A stretch of DNA of 64,000 bases from contig NC_134028.1 of NCBI RefSeq assembly GCF_964204645.1, positions 3,658,001-3,722,000 of the forward strand. Reading direction: 5' to 3'. This DNA comes from Tubulanus polymorphus. Lineage: Eukaryota > Animalia > Nemertea. A program made the translations under genes and the position numbers. This document shows, piece after piece, positions 27,536 through 40,300 of this stretch; position 1 is the first letter of the stretch; each line of letters opens with the position of its first letter. The notes below the pieces were generated by a model. That model saw only the letters and a program-made list of their open reading frames with translations. It searched no databases and was not told where the DNA came from.

Positions 27536-28597
27536 ATGCAAAATACAACGATAAGCCTTATTAAACTTACAGATTGTGACAAATGGCGGCTGAAACCTAT
27601 CAGATGGGACTATCAGTTCAGCGTCTTTATCTACATCTATCTCTATTCACCGGCCGCAATCATAGGCATAGTTTCAAATGCTTTGACTATCATCGTTTTG
27701 GACAGAATGAAAAACCGCTCATATTATCTGGTTAAAGTCGTGTCTATCAATGATATGCTCTACTCACTATTTGTGCTCATCATGTACCCAATGAGGGCAG
27801 CCCATATTTATCGGCTTTTGGGCGACATTGTTTTTCGTTTGGACGACTGGTCATTTGGAAAAGCTTTCATCAAGGTTTCACATGGGGGATATTATGTATT
27901 CCTTCTGACTCGTAACTGGTGTGTTTTGTTGTTGAGTTTTGAAAGGTTGATGATGGTAATGTTCCCGCTAAAATCCCGAATATTTTGGTCAAGAAAAGTT
28001 GTCAATTTTATCTTAACTTTCATACACCTTTTTGCAGTAACGATTTATATACCCCAACTAGTTCCCAGGGGGCGCTTTGTGTTTATAAAGCCATGCGGGA
28101 AATACGGACCAACTATAACAGTAAACAGAGGGGTTCCACTCATAAAGAGTCGTCAGGTTCGTGCCTTCCTATTCAATTGCAGTCAGAAAATCTTTAGATG
28201 GACTGAATACGTTATAGCCGTTCTAATTCCACTCGCATCGTTATGCATAACAAATGCAGCATTGATTATAAACTTACTTATGAAGAGGAGAAAACGCAGT
28301 ACAATGTTATCAACGTTGAAAAACCGGACAATATCAGGCACGAAAGAACAACGAGTGATGCGGATGGTTGTCACAGTTGTTTCCGTTTTTATTGTTTGCG
28401 AATCCATTTTTCTTCTTGATCGACTTTTAGGGCAAGGAATAAGAATAGAAAATTACAGGTTTGCAATGGTTGTCAGAAAAGTCGGAATTCTGATGACCGT
28501 AGTCGATTCGTGCGCCAATTTCGTTATCTATAGCATAACGAATCCTAACTTCCGACAAGCTGGCGTGAAATTACTTAAACCTCGTTTCATGAAATAA
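27536..28597 (+). CDS. Intronless rhodopsin-class (class A) GPCR, invertebrate peptide-receptor/chemoreceptor-like (FMRFamide-receptor-like motifs)
   Basis: 353 aa ORF with seven hydrophobic segments: GIVSNALT (TM1), SFERLMMVMFPL (DRY-equivalent), LIP (TM5), FIVCE (TM6) and SCANFVIY-x5-F (NPxxY-equivalent plus helix 8). Confidence 0.93.
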   Translation: MQNTTISLIKLTDCDKWRLKPIRWDYQFSVFIYIYLYSPAAIIGIVSNALTIIVLDRMKNRSYYLVKVVSINDMLYSLFVLIMYPMRAAHIYRLLGDIVFRLDDWSFGKAFIKVSHGGYYVFLLTRNWCVLLLSFERLMMVMFPLKSRIFWSRKVVNFILTFIHLFAVTIYIPQLVPRGRFVFIKPCGKYGPTITVNRGVPLIKSRQVRAFLFNCSQKIFRWTEYVIAVLIPLASLCITNAALIINLLMKRRKRSTMLSTLKNRTISGTKEQRVMRMVVTVVSVFIVCESIFLLDRLLGQGIRIENYRFAMVVRKVGILMTVVDSCANFVIYSITNPNFRQAGVKLLKPRFMK

Positions 28598-29225
28598 CAG
28601 GAGATTTCATCTAAATCCGTCAGATGCAGCTGGGCACATTTTTCTCGTTTTCTACACATACAAACGTAAGTCATACGAAAAGTGATATTTTGAGCTGACT
28701 CAAACTTGCACGTACTACTCACGTGCCCATCAGTCAATGTGCTTTCTTCATCTTTCGATCCCAATACACACAATCCATATTTAAAACAGATACATCTCTC
28801 ACTCACCAGAGGGACGTAGATTTAGAAGCGTGTGGCTAATTAAAAATGATGCCAACAAGCGCCGAATGTGGAACGCTCCACCGCGTTCAGATGTAGCTGG
28901 CCAAAATTAATTCAAATCTGTAGACATGTACTTATAGAAAAGTTAAGTATATGCTTGAAGTCACCCAAGCGTCGATGTGGTACGGTCAGTGCCTTCATGT
29001 AGCCATTAGTCAATGAGCTTTTTTTCGCCCGACTGATGGTCACTGATATACGTCTCCACTTTAAAAACTTTTTAAACACTCATCAATGGATGGGGGGAGT
29101 GAGGCTTATTAGAATTGTGCTTGAATTGATAAACTTACTCGATAAAAGACTTTCAAAGATTCTATAATACCAGGAATGTAAGGTTTGTGCAGATGATTTC
29201 TTAGATATCAGTGGTATCAAATTGA

Positions 29226-29330
29226 CCCATTGGGTATATGCCAAAAAGGCACTTACGAGTTTTACCTTATCGAAAGGGAAATCTTAATATTGGTGGGGAA
29301 TTCAAGCAGATGTTTCCTATCCGCAATTAG
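29226..29330 (+). promoter_or_regulatory. Orphan copy of the thyroglobulin-gene upstream region
   Basis: cccattggg.atatgccaaaaaggcactta.gagtt...gaaagggaaatct.a.tattg.tggggaatt...gcagatg matches 15083-15170, but no coding exon follows. Confidence 0.65.
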
Positions 29331-29740
29331 AATCTAATTTCCATCTAGAAACGAATTAAACCACTGTAATATACTTTCAAAAATGGCCAATTCGAGCGAG
29401 CAGTCTGCGGAGGAGAATCGAATGATCGGCCGTATCAAAAGCTGTTCACAAGTCCAACAAAAAACTTTACAAAACTTCCTCTGTGATGTCTTGAGATGAT
29501 ATGATGTGATCCTTAACAGTCAGCAATCGAGTCTATCCGCTGTGTCCCTGCGACGATATGGGCACCGTTTAGAAGCATAAAGCTTATTTTCGAACACGGT
29601 TGTCCGGTAAAGGGTGCGGGGTAAAGAACGTCCTTATCCAAAAAGCATTTTCTGAGTAATATAAACTAATAAAGCAATACATTCAATTTGATACAAAAGT
29701 TTCTCAGCAAGAAAACTTGCATGATTAATTCACAAGCTAA

Positions 29741-30602
29741 TTAACAATTCAGGCGATCAGTTTCGCCAATTTTCACTGTATCAGTTCCTGCAAGTTGGAG
29801 ACCCTTTCTGTCGACGCAGAAACACACCGAACCGGAACACTGTACTGACTTGTAGTTTCCATTCTTTTCACAGGCAAACAATTTACCCATCATTCCGAGT
29901 TGTTGATATTCATATTGGTCTCTTGCACAATCTGAAACAGATCATGCAAAATGTATCACATATCTGCATTAAATGTTCAAAACATCAGTATTTGGGTTCA
30001 AATGAATTCACTTCTTCGGTTTGAATATCACATTACATATACCGCATACGTTTAATTTTTCTAGCTTCGAGTTACTTACTGCAGTCTACATCGGGGTTAG
30101 CTCGGCGTGCCATATAGCCACTGATCCAATGACCATCCTTAGCTGCGCAATAGGTCCTTGAAAAATTTACAAAAAAAAGAATTGACAACACTTTATTTGG
30201 ATGTAAAGAACAGAATCTGCTGTTAATGAAATTCTAGCAGCAAGCAGTTATATTTATATTGCATTTATATAAGTTAGTCGAGTTAATCAAACATTCTTAA
30301 AAAATTCAAATATGAATCTTTCCCAAGAGTACTTACGCAGCACCGAAATATTGAACACGAGCGTACGTTCCATCGGCGTCGCATTGCGGAATAAAAGCGC
30401 CCAACAGAGGTCTTTTCTTCAGCTCTTCCAGTTTAGCATCTCTATCTTGCTTACAGTTACCTGTGTAATTGATAGGAAGAATCTCCAGATTCGTAATTTG
30501 TAATATCAAAATACACATGTAGCTACAAATAGCTGAATGTTAGCACTTACCAGCGTTCGCAACAGCTACAGACGCGACGATCAAAAGAACGATTTTCATC
30601 AT
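29741..30602 (-). CDS. Secreted two-domain thyroglobulin type-1 protein, copy B
   Basis: Inverted paralog of copy A with the same four exons and splice sites. It is open from ATG 30602 to TAA 29741. Confidence 0.87.
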
Positions 30603-30739
30603 GATGGTTTCGTTTCCAATTGACGCACACAATGCGTGGTGGCATTTAAATACAAATTGTGGCTAGGTCACATCTGCTGAAATTCCCCAGCAATATTGAG
30701 ATTCCCTTTCAAGATATCTACAACTCGTAAGTGCCTTTT

Positions 30740-31150
30740 GTACGGAAGCGATAAAGGGCCTCGAGATGTCGCGTTCAAACTCGGCAAGTCGCCATATTTA
30801 TGTCGATATATCGCGATATATCGCGTCAAGTCGACATGAATATGTCGACATATCGTGACGTTTTCACGACAAATTTCGCTTTTTTGCCCATTTTCCACGG
30901 GACAAGCCGTCATTTGAAGACATGTGTAAATGTAAGATGAGGACGCCAGTAATATGACGACTGAGTTTCAAGTCGTCATGAATATGTCGACTTGAAAATG
31001 GTCGAGAAAACGAAATATGTCGTCAAAACGTCACGATATAGCGACATATTCAAGTCGACTTGACGCGATATATCGCGATATATCGACATGAATATGACGA
31101 CTTGTTGAGTTTGAACGCGACCACTCGAGGCCCCCTTATCGCTTCCGTAC
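30740..31150. mobile_element. Palindromic MITE in the upstream region of thyroglobulin copy B
   Basis: GTACGGAAGCGATAA...TTATCGCTTCCGTAC with ~150-bp inverted arms, flanked by T runs. The paralogous sites (15095-15110, 29240-29252) are empty. Confidence 0.88.
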
Positions 31151-32204
31151 TTTTGTCATATCTCCAGATTGCTCAAATTCAAGTGTAGAGCGATGTTCAA
31201 TGTTCTAATGTATGATTTGATGTCATGAAAAAAATTATGTATTTTGATATCTTTTATTTCCCTATCGTATGTTCCTTTATTTTACGGATTCTCTAATCGG
31301 TTTGCAGATTCTCTAGGTTCATTTTCTAACTGTGCTGCCAACGCTGCTGATCCTCGATCTTTTTGATTAAGGGTTACCGATGAAAGTCGAATAGAAACAG
31401 CGATCATCTACTTGAAAAGTTCGTCTAACTGTCGTTTCACCAGGCCATTTATATTCTGAATATCTGTTAGTCTTTTCTGTTAGTTGTGTAAGGGCACGGG
31501 ATTATCATCATTCGTAAAACAAAATTCCTTCGAACTCTACAGACTTTGCCAGATATCATGTTTTCCGTATGTCATCAGGGAGATAATCCTTTCAAATATA
31601 TGCTCTACCATCATCTAAAACATATCCACACTACTAAAATGTATTACACATAAATGTATAACCTTACCAGCCATTCTCGCAAATATCTGCACATAACATT
31701 TCGGTAAAACAGAATCACTGAAAGTCTTTCATCGATATGCAGGGAGGTTTTTCGGATAAAAATATAGTCAATAGATAGATAGATACTAATCTCTGCCAAA
31801 TGCAAAGCGTCCTGAATGCTTTGGTTTTAAAAGTGCTGGTATGCGATATGATTTTCTCCTGCACCATAAACCGAAAACATTTTTGAACGCGTTAGGGCTT
31901 TGCATATTCGGGGCTTGCTGGCATTATCTTTAATAAACCCACACCACTCCAATCCCACGTCTATCTAGTGAGGGAGAGATTTATCTATTTTTAATGTGGA
32001 TATGTGTATTGGAGACGAAAAAGGAAGAAATCACATTGACTGATGGGTACGGGAGCAGTACGTGCAAGTTTGAGTCAGCTCAAAATATAGCTTTTTAAAT
32101 ATACTTTTGTTAGGATGTGTAGAGCTTTCAAAGAACGAGCTTTTATAGCCCAACTACATCTGGCAGGTTTAGGTAAAATACTTCATTTATTATTCTCCAG
32201 TAAT

Positions 32205-33185
32205 CTATTTCATGAAACGTGGTTTAAGTAATTTTATGCCTGCTTGTGGGAAGTTAGGATTCGTTATGCTATAGCTAACGAAATTGGCGCACGAAACGAC
32301 TACGGTCATCAGAATTCCGAATTTTCTGACAACCATTGTAATTTGCTATTCCAATTCCTTGCCCGAAAAGTCGGTCAAGAAGAAAAATGGATTCGCAAAC
32401 ACTAAACACGGACACAACTGTGACAACCATCCGCATCACTCGTTATTCTTTCGTGCCTGATTCTGTCCGGGTTTTCAACGTTGATAACATTTTACTGCGT
32501 TTTCTCCTCTTCATAAGTAAGTTTATAATCAATGCTGCATTTGTTCTGCATAACGATGCGAGTGGAATTAGAACGGCAATAGGAAGGAACGGACCTGACG
32601 ACTCTTTGCTGTTAGAGTTGGTCCGTATTTCCCGCATGGCTTAATAAACAAATCGCGCCCTGGGAACTAGTTGGGGTATATAAATCGTTACGGCAAAAAG
32701 GTGTATGAAAATTGATATAGAATTGACAACTTTTCTTGACCAAAATATTCGAGATTTCAGCGGAAATATTACAATCATCAACCTTCGAAACTCAACAACA
32801 AAACCAGTTACGAGTCAGAAGGAACATGTGATATCCCCCATGTGAAACCTTGATGAAAGCTTTTCCAAATGACCAGTCGTCCAGACGAAAAACAATGTCG
32901 CATAAAAGTCGATAGATATGGGTTGTCCTCAGGGGGTACATGATGAACACAAATAGTGAGTAGAGCATATCATTGATAGACATGACTTAAACCAGATACT
33001 AGATCGGTTTCTCATTCTGTCCAAAATGATGATAGTCAAAGCATTTGAAACTATGCCTATGATTTGGCTGGTGAATAGAAATAGATGTAAATAAAGACGC
33101 TGAACTGATAGTTCCGTCTGATAGGTTTCAACCGCCACTTGTCACAATCAGTAAGTTTAGTAAGGCTCGTCCATGTATTTTGCAT
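32205..33185 (-). pseudogene. GPCR pseudogene 3 (near full-length inverted copy of the intact GPCR)
   Basis: The reverse complement aligns to 27536-28597 from ATG (33185) to ...PRFMK* (32205). It has several small frameshifts and deletions (ORFs 32929, 32792, 32443). Confidence 0.88.
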
Positions 33186-33562
33186 TGTTTTCTGTCATGG
33201 TTCCCTCTACGCGTCTGGGTTGAAAAATCTACCGGTATGTTCGAATTAGGCCAATACGAATGCGCGATACGAGCCAATCACAATTCGGCTCTTACCCAAC
33301 GTTGTGACACCATCTCTAAGAGTGCTTATCATCAAGTAAATGAAACTCTTTCGTTTACATCTTCAAATATCCGAACCCTTTAACAAACTGCAAGAAGTAG
33401 GAATTTCCAATCGGAACGAACCATCAATTAGTCAATTACATATTTTGTTGCATTTTGTTTTCTGTTCGTAATTATCAAAGCTACCGTTCGAAGATATTTA
33501 GGGCATAAGATTTAGTTTAACGGTTTTGAAACAAAGTTAAAAAGTTCTGATGGAATCATAGA

Positions 33563-33603
33563 TAGTGGCCTGAGAATGGAGCCTTGGAGAACCCCACAAG
33601 TAA
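33563..33603 (-). mobile_element. LINE reverse-transcriptase motif remnant
   Basis: Minus strand translates TCGVLQGSILRPL, resembling the non-LTR RT motif GVPQGSILGPL. Confidence 0.45.
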
Positions 33604-34075
33604 AACGCGGCACATGAAATCAACGATTCAAACATGTATTAAATCGACACATACCGTGAAAGTACGTTTTTATTTTTCTTGAATAATGTTATGAACATTA
33701 GGATAAATCCGAAGAATTACCCAAATGAATTTCATATAATTATCGCGCATGAATAGAATCGAACATGTTTGTGATGAAAGCTTCCATCGTTTCACACGAA
33801 CAGCTTACACACTCGTTTTAGATTTTCATCCACTAAGCGCAGGTGGAGACTGAACAAAATCCGCTTTTCTATTAGATTATTGTTGAGAATTTCGTTCAAG
33901 CAGTTATTGATGAGTGAGATACTTATTCGAAACCTAGGATTTAAAACAGGTGGGGCCAATTAACACTGCTCTCCCAAAATGTTCTGTAAATTTCAATCGC
34001 TCTCGAGTTTGCTAATATCATAGAACAGTTTGCATAAAATGACTCATTCCAATAACAATTCTATGTAGAAGCAGA

Positions 34076-36828
34076 ATGGCTCGGTTTGAATTCGTTATCG
34101 TTTGCATAATTTATCTTCAGTTCTGTCTATTTTATTCTTCAAACGGACATCTACCGGAAAATAATGATGAGAACGTAACTATAAAGTTCATTTCTATGTT
34201 TTCGTGAATATGTATCCGAGTCGTGTATAGGTTATGTGTGTGCAAAATAGTTTCATTCTAATTGGAAATGATATATTTCCATTCACAAGACGGTGAAAGA
34301 ATTGTATTGTGAAATGTGATTATGCACCAAGTCATTTCATTCGTTTATCGAAATATTTTACTTATTTTCAGGAATTCATAGAAATCCCTAGTGGATCGAG
34401 CAATAACCCAAGACAACGTCGAGCCGGTAAATAATTATCTTAGAAGTCAGAAATATGATGAGATATAGAAATTCGTGTCGCATTTATACTATATATTCAA
34501 AATGTGAATGCGCCCGATTTTACACGTTTGGCATCATTTTGGGTTTATCCTAACAAGGCTAGCGTCCAAACAGCGTGCATCACTGTTGTGTTCGATAATA
34601 TGATAGTAATTTCAGTAACATAAATTTATTACAGTAACAGAAGCATGTATAAACCTAAGCCCACATTGTGAAAGTTGGGCACAAAATGGAAATTGCGTCT
34701 CATATCGAGCTTACATGCGTGGTGCTTGTAAAGTATCCTGTAAAATCTGCACTCCAGAACAAATTACAAAATGTAAGTTATTTTGAATGATTTTTCTGTT
34801 TAATGTCGAAACTCTTTGCAATAATATCAGAGAACATTATTGTGTATTCTTAGGGAACTCATTGGGTCCAAATCACAAGAAATGTATCGATTACACTATC
34901 AAATGTGCGACCTTCGCTCGGAAAAATTACTGTACCGAATATCCAAAATTCATGTGGAAGATTTGCAAGGAGTCGTGTGGAGTCTGTGGAAAACCAGCAG
35001 TTCCGGTTGATGCAACCTATGATAAACGTACGTGAAATAATGATTACTCGACGAAATACTTTCCGGGCATATTTTGATCATAAATTCCATGTACAGATCG
35101 AACTGGTGAACCTACTGATGAATCTGAATGTCAAAAAATCACCGATGTTCCACAAGAATACAGAAATCTATCATTCGCTGCAATACCGACATTTTATTCG
35201 AAGTTTTTACACGCGTACAATATACCTATCATTGGTAAGTTGTGAAGTTGTTTATTTGGATTAAAATCATCGAATAGTTTCGAAACTAAATAGACAATTT
35301 TAGATTATATATACATCAGGTGTCTATATCGGACTCGTTTCTTTACAACTTTGCAGCTTCGCACAACGTAAGGGATTACAGTCTGAGAAGAGCTTGCTAC
35401 TTGGCTCGTTATTTGCTCGCCGGACAAAGTGGTATCCGCCGTAATTACTACAAAAATCACGGTCGCTTCGTTGTGTTGGGGATGGAAGAGAAGATTTATG
35501 ATGTACCGGGGTTCACACATGAAACTGAGGCCCGAAATAATAGATTGTCATATGGCGGTCAGGGCCCAACCCCAGAAAAACCTATAAGTATAGTTTGGGA
35601 GAATACTGTAGCATGTATCAAACCAGACAAGTAAGTTTTATCAGTGTATCAGTTATCAAACAATCTACTGACATTGAATCGATAAATTTGAATATTCTAT
35701 CATAACTCGTTGAAATATTACAGTTATTGGGATCAAGATGTCGGAATCCACGAGTTCGCGCATGGCGTACACGTACTCGGTCTGAGGGGATTCAAAGAAT
35801 ATCAAATAGAACAAGAATTGAGGGGACTTTTCGTGAAATTCAATCAGTCAGCTGAAAGGCGTCTATTGGGAGGCTACGCACTATCAAATACACATGAGTT
35901 TTTTGTAAGTTGATAACAATAACTTGCCGGATTACCTGCAGTTGGTAGTCAATAGCTACACAAAAACACTTATTTCTAAATGAGATTGAAGTAGAAACAT
36001 AAAACTTGTTTTGATTTCTAGGCGACTGCAGTTCAGGTTTTTATCGGAGACTACACTTCATTACCCGTTAAAAACCGAAAGTCAATGAAAGAACAAATAC
36101 CTTCCGTATACAAGTTTCTGCAAAAGATTTTCCCTTGTGGCAACCGATTTATTAAAAGGTGTCAGCTTCAGGAGGTACACGAAAAAAACAACAAGTATGC
36201 GCGCTGGCCAAAATATAGAAACGTTTCTTTCCCTGAAATGGAATGTAAGGATAAAACGATGTGTTTAAACTAACATAGCAAATTGGTTTTACTTTAAGCT
36301 CTTCATCGATAAACTGTTTTTTCATTTCAGATCTGATGAAAACTCAAAAGTTTCTCCTCGGCTGCAGTGATGGATGTGCGTAAATCGTATCGTGATTACT
36401 TACAATGTTTGCTTAATAGTAATTGATTTCATATTTTTTTCATGTTCTTACATCTTCCAGTGAAATTTAACTGTGGAAGTAAAACTATTGGCCAGAAATA
36501 TAAGGACAAATCTGACCCGTGTTTATACTATCAATGTGATAAGAAAAATAAACCACAGCGTCTCATGTATGTCTGCGACAAACAGATCATGTACCGAACC
36601 AACAAAAATCGTAGCAGTGAAATTCTCTCTCACTACATGACGACCTGGTACGATCCATCAACGAGAAAATGTAACCGAGTCCAGAGTCCATGCAGCCCGT
36701 TATCAGAGGCAAATACTGACAAGAATTCCATCATCGACGCCGGAGTTATTGAAAAAGTGGATTGGAGATACGAAGAGCCCGTTTACGTCATTCCCAACCC
36801 GAATTCCAATGATGAAAATCAATTATAA
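34076..36828 (+). CDS. ShKT-ShKT-zinc metalloprotease-chitin-binding-like protein, copy 5
   Basis: ATG at 34076, exon 34372-34426 ending ...PRQRRA, ShK1 CINLSPHCESWAQNGNCVSYRAYMRGACKVSCKIC. ORFs 34787, 35320, 35710 (HEFAH), 36085 and 36442 match the paralog exons. Confidence 0.87.
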
Positions 36829-37194
36829 GGAGGAAAGGGGCACGTTATCAATCTTTGGTCTAAACCAATTTTGAAACTCGAAATCAATTAATTTAAAAAT
36901 GTTAGCTGATGATGAATAAATCATGTAATGAAATTAATCGTCAATCATTAAATGATTTCAGAAAATTAATGGAAAAATAATGAGTTTGGTACGTCATTTT
37001 TTCACACGCATAGTTAGGAAACTCTTCAGGAGCTCTCTTGGAAGCGTAGTGTATGTAACATAGGAACTGGATTAAACACATTGCTGTTAAAACATTTTCA
37101 TATTGAGGAGGCTGCGCGTTGGGCATTGTCAACTCCATGGAAAGACGCTCCACGCGAGCAAAACTCTTATCATTATTACAAACACCAACTTTTA

Positions 37195-37368
37195 GGAGAA
37201 CATGAACAACTCGAAATCGTGGGCAAATCGTTTCGCTGGAAAGAAAGTGGAAACAACAAGTCAGTACAGTGTTCCGGTTCAGTGTGTTTCTGCGTCGACA
37301 ATAATATGGGCACTCAACAAGGAAATGATACAGCGAGTATCGGTCAAACTGATAGTCTAAACTGTTGA
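37195..37368 (+). pseudogene. Thyroglobulin type-1 gene remnant (last exon only)
   Basis: KSVQCSGSVCFCVDNNMG...LNC* matches exon 4 of copies A and B, with a Cys-to-Trp change. No upstream exons were found. Confidence 0.75.
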
Positions 37369-40300
37369 ATAACCTGTGATGAATTCCGCCATTTTTCTTT
37401 GAAAACATGCAAATTTTGAATCACAGTAAAACATCGCTTTTTTCGTGTACATTAGTACGGAGCTTATGGATTTGTCTAACAATGTTAGTCATTATCGCAT
37501 GACATCCATTACGCCTTGTGCGCCTCCTGTCGTGAGAGTAACAGCCAGTCGAAGATATGAAGAGCCTTCCTTACATTCGAGTGATTGATTCACACTCACA
37601 CACATTGTGAGTTACTATCAGAGTATAGCTCATCGAGCTTCCGTAAAAACGTACAAATATATTACTCCCCCTTGCTATTGGCAATATATCCATTCTTTGA
37701 CCGTAGCTGAAAAATCCGTGGATGGATCATTAGAAAAGGATCTTAAAGAACCGATGAATATGTGAACGTTCACTCGTTTGAACATAAGAACATAAGATAA
37801 AAGAGGAATACAGAATATGGAAATTTAAATGTTTATTGAATTTTTCTCGCATAAAATTTGAAAACCGATAGCAGCACATATAGAACATAGTTCGTTCGAT
37901 TTCAGAATATTTGTAAAGATCTGTAGATAAGATAGGTAACTAACTATTAGTCATTTTTGTGTAAAAAGTACTTTTTGATTCATATTCATTCAGGAATATT
38001 AAAAATACGAATAAATATTTACACAACCTGCGTCAAGTTTGAATTTTTTTCGGTGCTCAATGAAATCTCGTAAGATTGTCCCCGATCTCTGAATGGCCAT
38101 CAACTTTTTTATCATATGGTTGACTGTTTGATATTCTATGATGATATTCTATGAATATAGATTATCGATCTCCCAAATATATTAACTGAAACATTCATTT
38201 CATAACTTGAGCGGTTTAGTTTACCCACCTGCCAGAAAAATATTGCACGCCAAATACAACGTGCGATAACGGCGATACTGGTTAATTAAACGCTTTCCTA
38301 CAGGCATCATTTCCATTGAAGGTACGCGTCTTCATTCGATCGGTTGAAAACAACTAGAACTATATCAAATCACGAATGTATCAAAGGTAAGTTCCTTTAT
38401 CGATTGATATAATTGATTAGATAAACTGAATGGTAACTGGCTACGAACATCCTGTGGTACAAAGGCATCTACATTACGTACGTTGTAGCAAATCCGAGGA
38501 CATTCCGTAGGTAGGTTTTTCAATTCACTGAGCATTCATTGACTTTTAGAAATTTGAGAACCGATCAGTATATAGAACATAGTTCGTTCGATTTCGAAAT
38601 GTTTGTAAAGATACGTAGATAAGATAGGTAACTATTACTCATTTTTATGTGCAAAAAATACATGCTATGTTTTTTATCGGATTCAGTTTGTAATTATGCT
38701 CCTTTATGTTCGTGTCTTCGTGTCTTGTAATCTTTGAAAAGTCTACTGGAATGCGAGTTGATAAAATCACTACTTTGCGTTTGGCGACACTACGACATAT
38801 ACCTATGTGTCCGTCCCGCTGTATCCGCCATCATCGATCGAAGTTGATTGATGTATCAAAAAGGCATTTACCAGCTGTCGATATATTGAACGACAGACGT
38901 CCATCCTTGATTGGGGATTTTTCAGTCCACACAGTCGTCTCTCAGTCACGCACGATGATGAGAAATAAACCATCGTCAGTTCCATTAACGGGCATTACGG
39001 AAAATTAGAGGCATTGATTACTGGACCTTCAGAGGTAATCATCTTTCTGGCTATCATAGTTTACGTAGTTGCTTTTGTAAATGACACAGAAAACACAAGA
39101 AGGTGAACCCGTATTTGCTCATGTTGCTACGAGCTTCAGCGACTCGTCTTATTCCCAGAATGATTCGGATTTACTTAATTCATTTGCACTGATCCAAAAC
39201 CGGTTGTGTATCATGAAAAAAAATTTCTTTCACAAATCAAGTAATTATTTCTCACAAAATCAAGTACTTATTGAGTAGATTCAAATTAATTTCAATCGAT
39301 GATATGTTTGAATTGCGGCGGCTATACTTAGATAATTTCTACTAAATGCGACAGCTGTATTCACTAATTAATCCAATTAAACTAATCATCAACGAACTCA
39401 AGTCGGTTTAATTTCTCGTCAATTGGGGGAAATAAAGAGAAGAAAGAATACCTCGCTACAGCTGTTGAAGAGTGTTTGTATCGTTGTTGTTGAGTGCCCG
39501 TTAAACGGTCATAAACCCTGACATAATTTGATATATATCACCATCGCTTGAAGCTAAAACAAGAAATACATTATACGTCGAATAACAGATTTGTGTAATA
39601 TATACGAAAAAGCTTTTCAGGGGTTTCCTCGCTGATAAACTGTAACAACGTTATGTATTCACTGTATCGTGATTTAATATCAAATAGTCGGGAAAGAAAT
39701 GCGAGAATGAGTAAGAATGATATAAGATATGTGATGAATATATAGCGGTTAAAAACGCTATCGGGTAGGAGATGTTTCGTTACGAATTGCTGAAATAAGG
39801 GCCTCAGATTTCTTTGATATCAAGATGAACCCAGCGCGGGCTGTTGTATCATCTACTCGTGCGTTGATATGAATTCGAAAACAGCATCGAAAATGGAAAT
39901 CGCTCGGCGCACGATTGCCTAATTTCGATGTTCAAGCGTCTCGGAGCGCATACACCGTGAACAATTTGCTAGGGTTTTATGGTGCGTCTATTTCGCCGTT
40001 AGCGGTTTGGTGGCGAATATTCCAGATGACTGTGTTAATTTTCGAACGCGTCTGCGACGATCAGTTCTACACTAGTACTTGATGATCCATCAGGTCCCGG
40101 GGCGGTTTTGTTTTTGGTATTCGAATTACACGACATCTCCGCGTGTCAACCAACAGCGCCAATCAATGCAACTTATATATCGAATGATGCTTCGCTTTAT
40201 TCATTTCATCGACCGCGTATTTGTACAGAATTTCAAACATTTTGTCATTTTCACATCAATTGTGGACACGCGTTAAAAGAGAGTGATTTTAAAGTATGAA

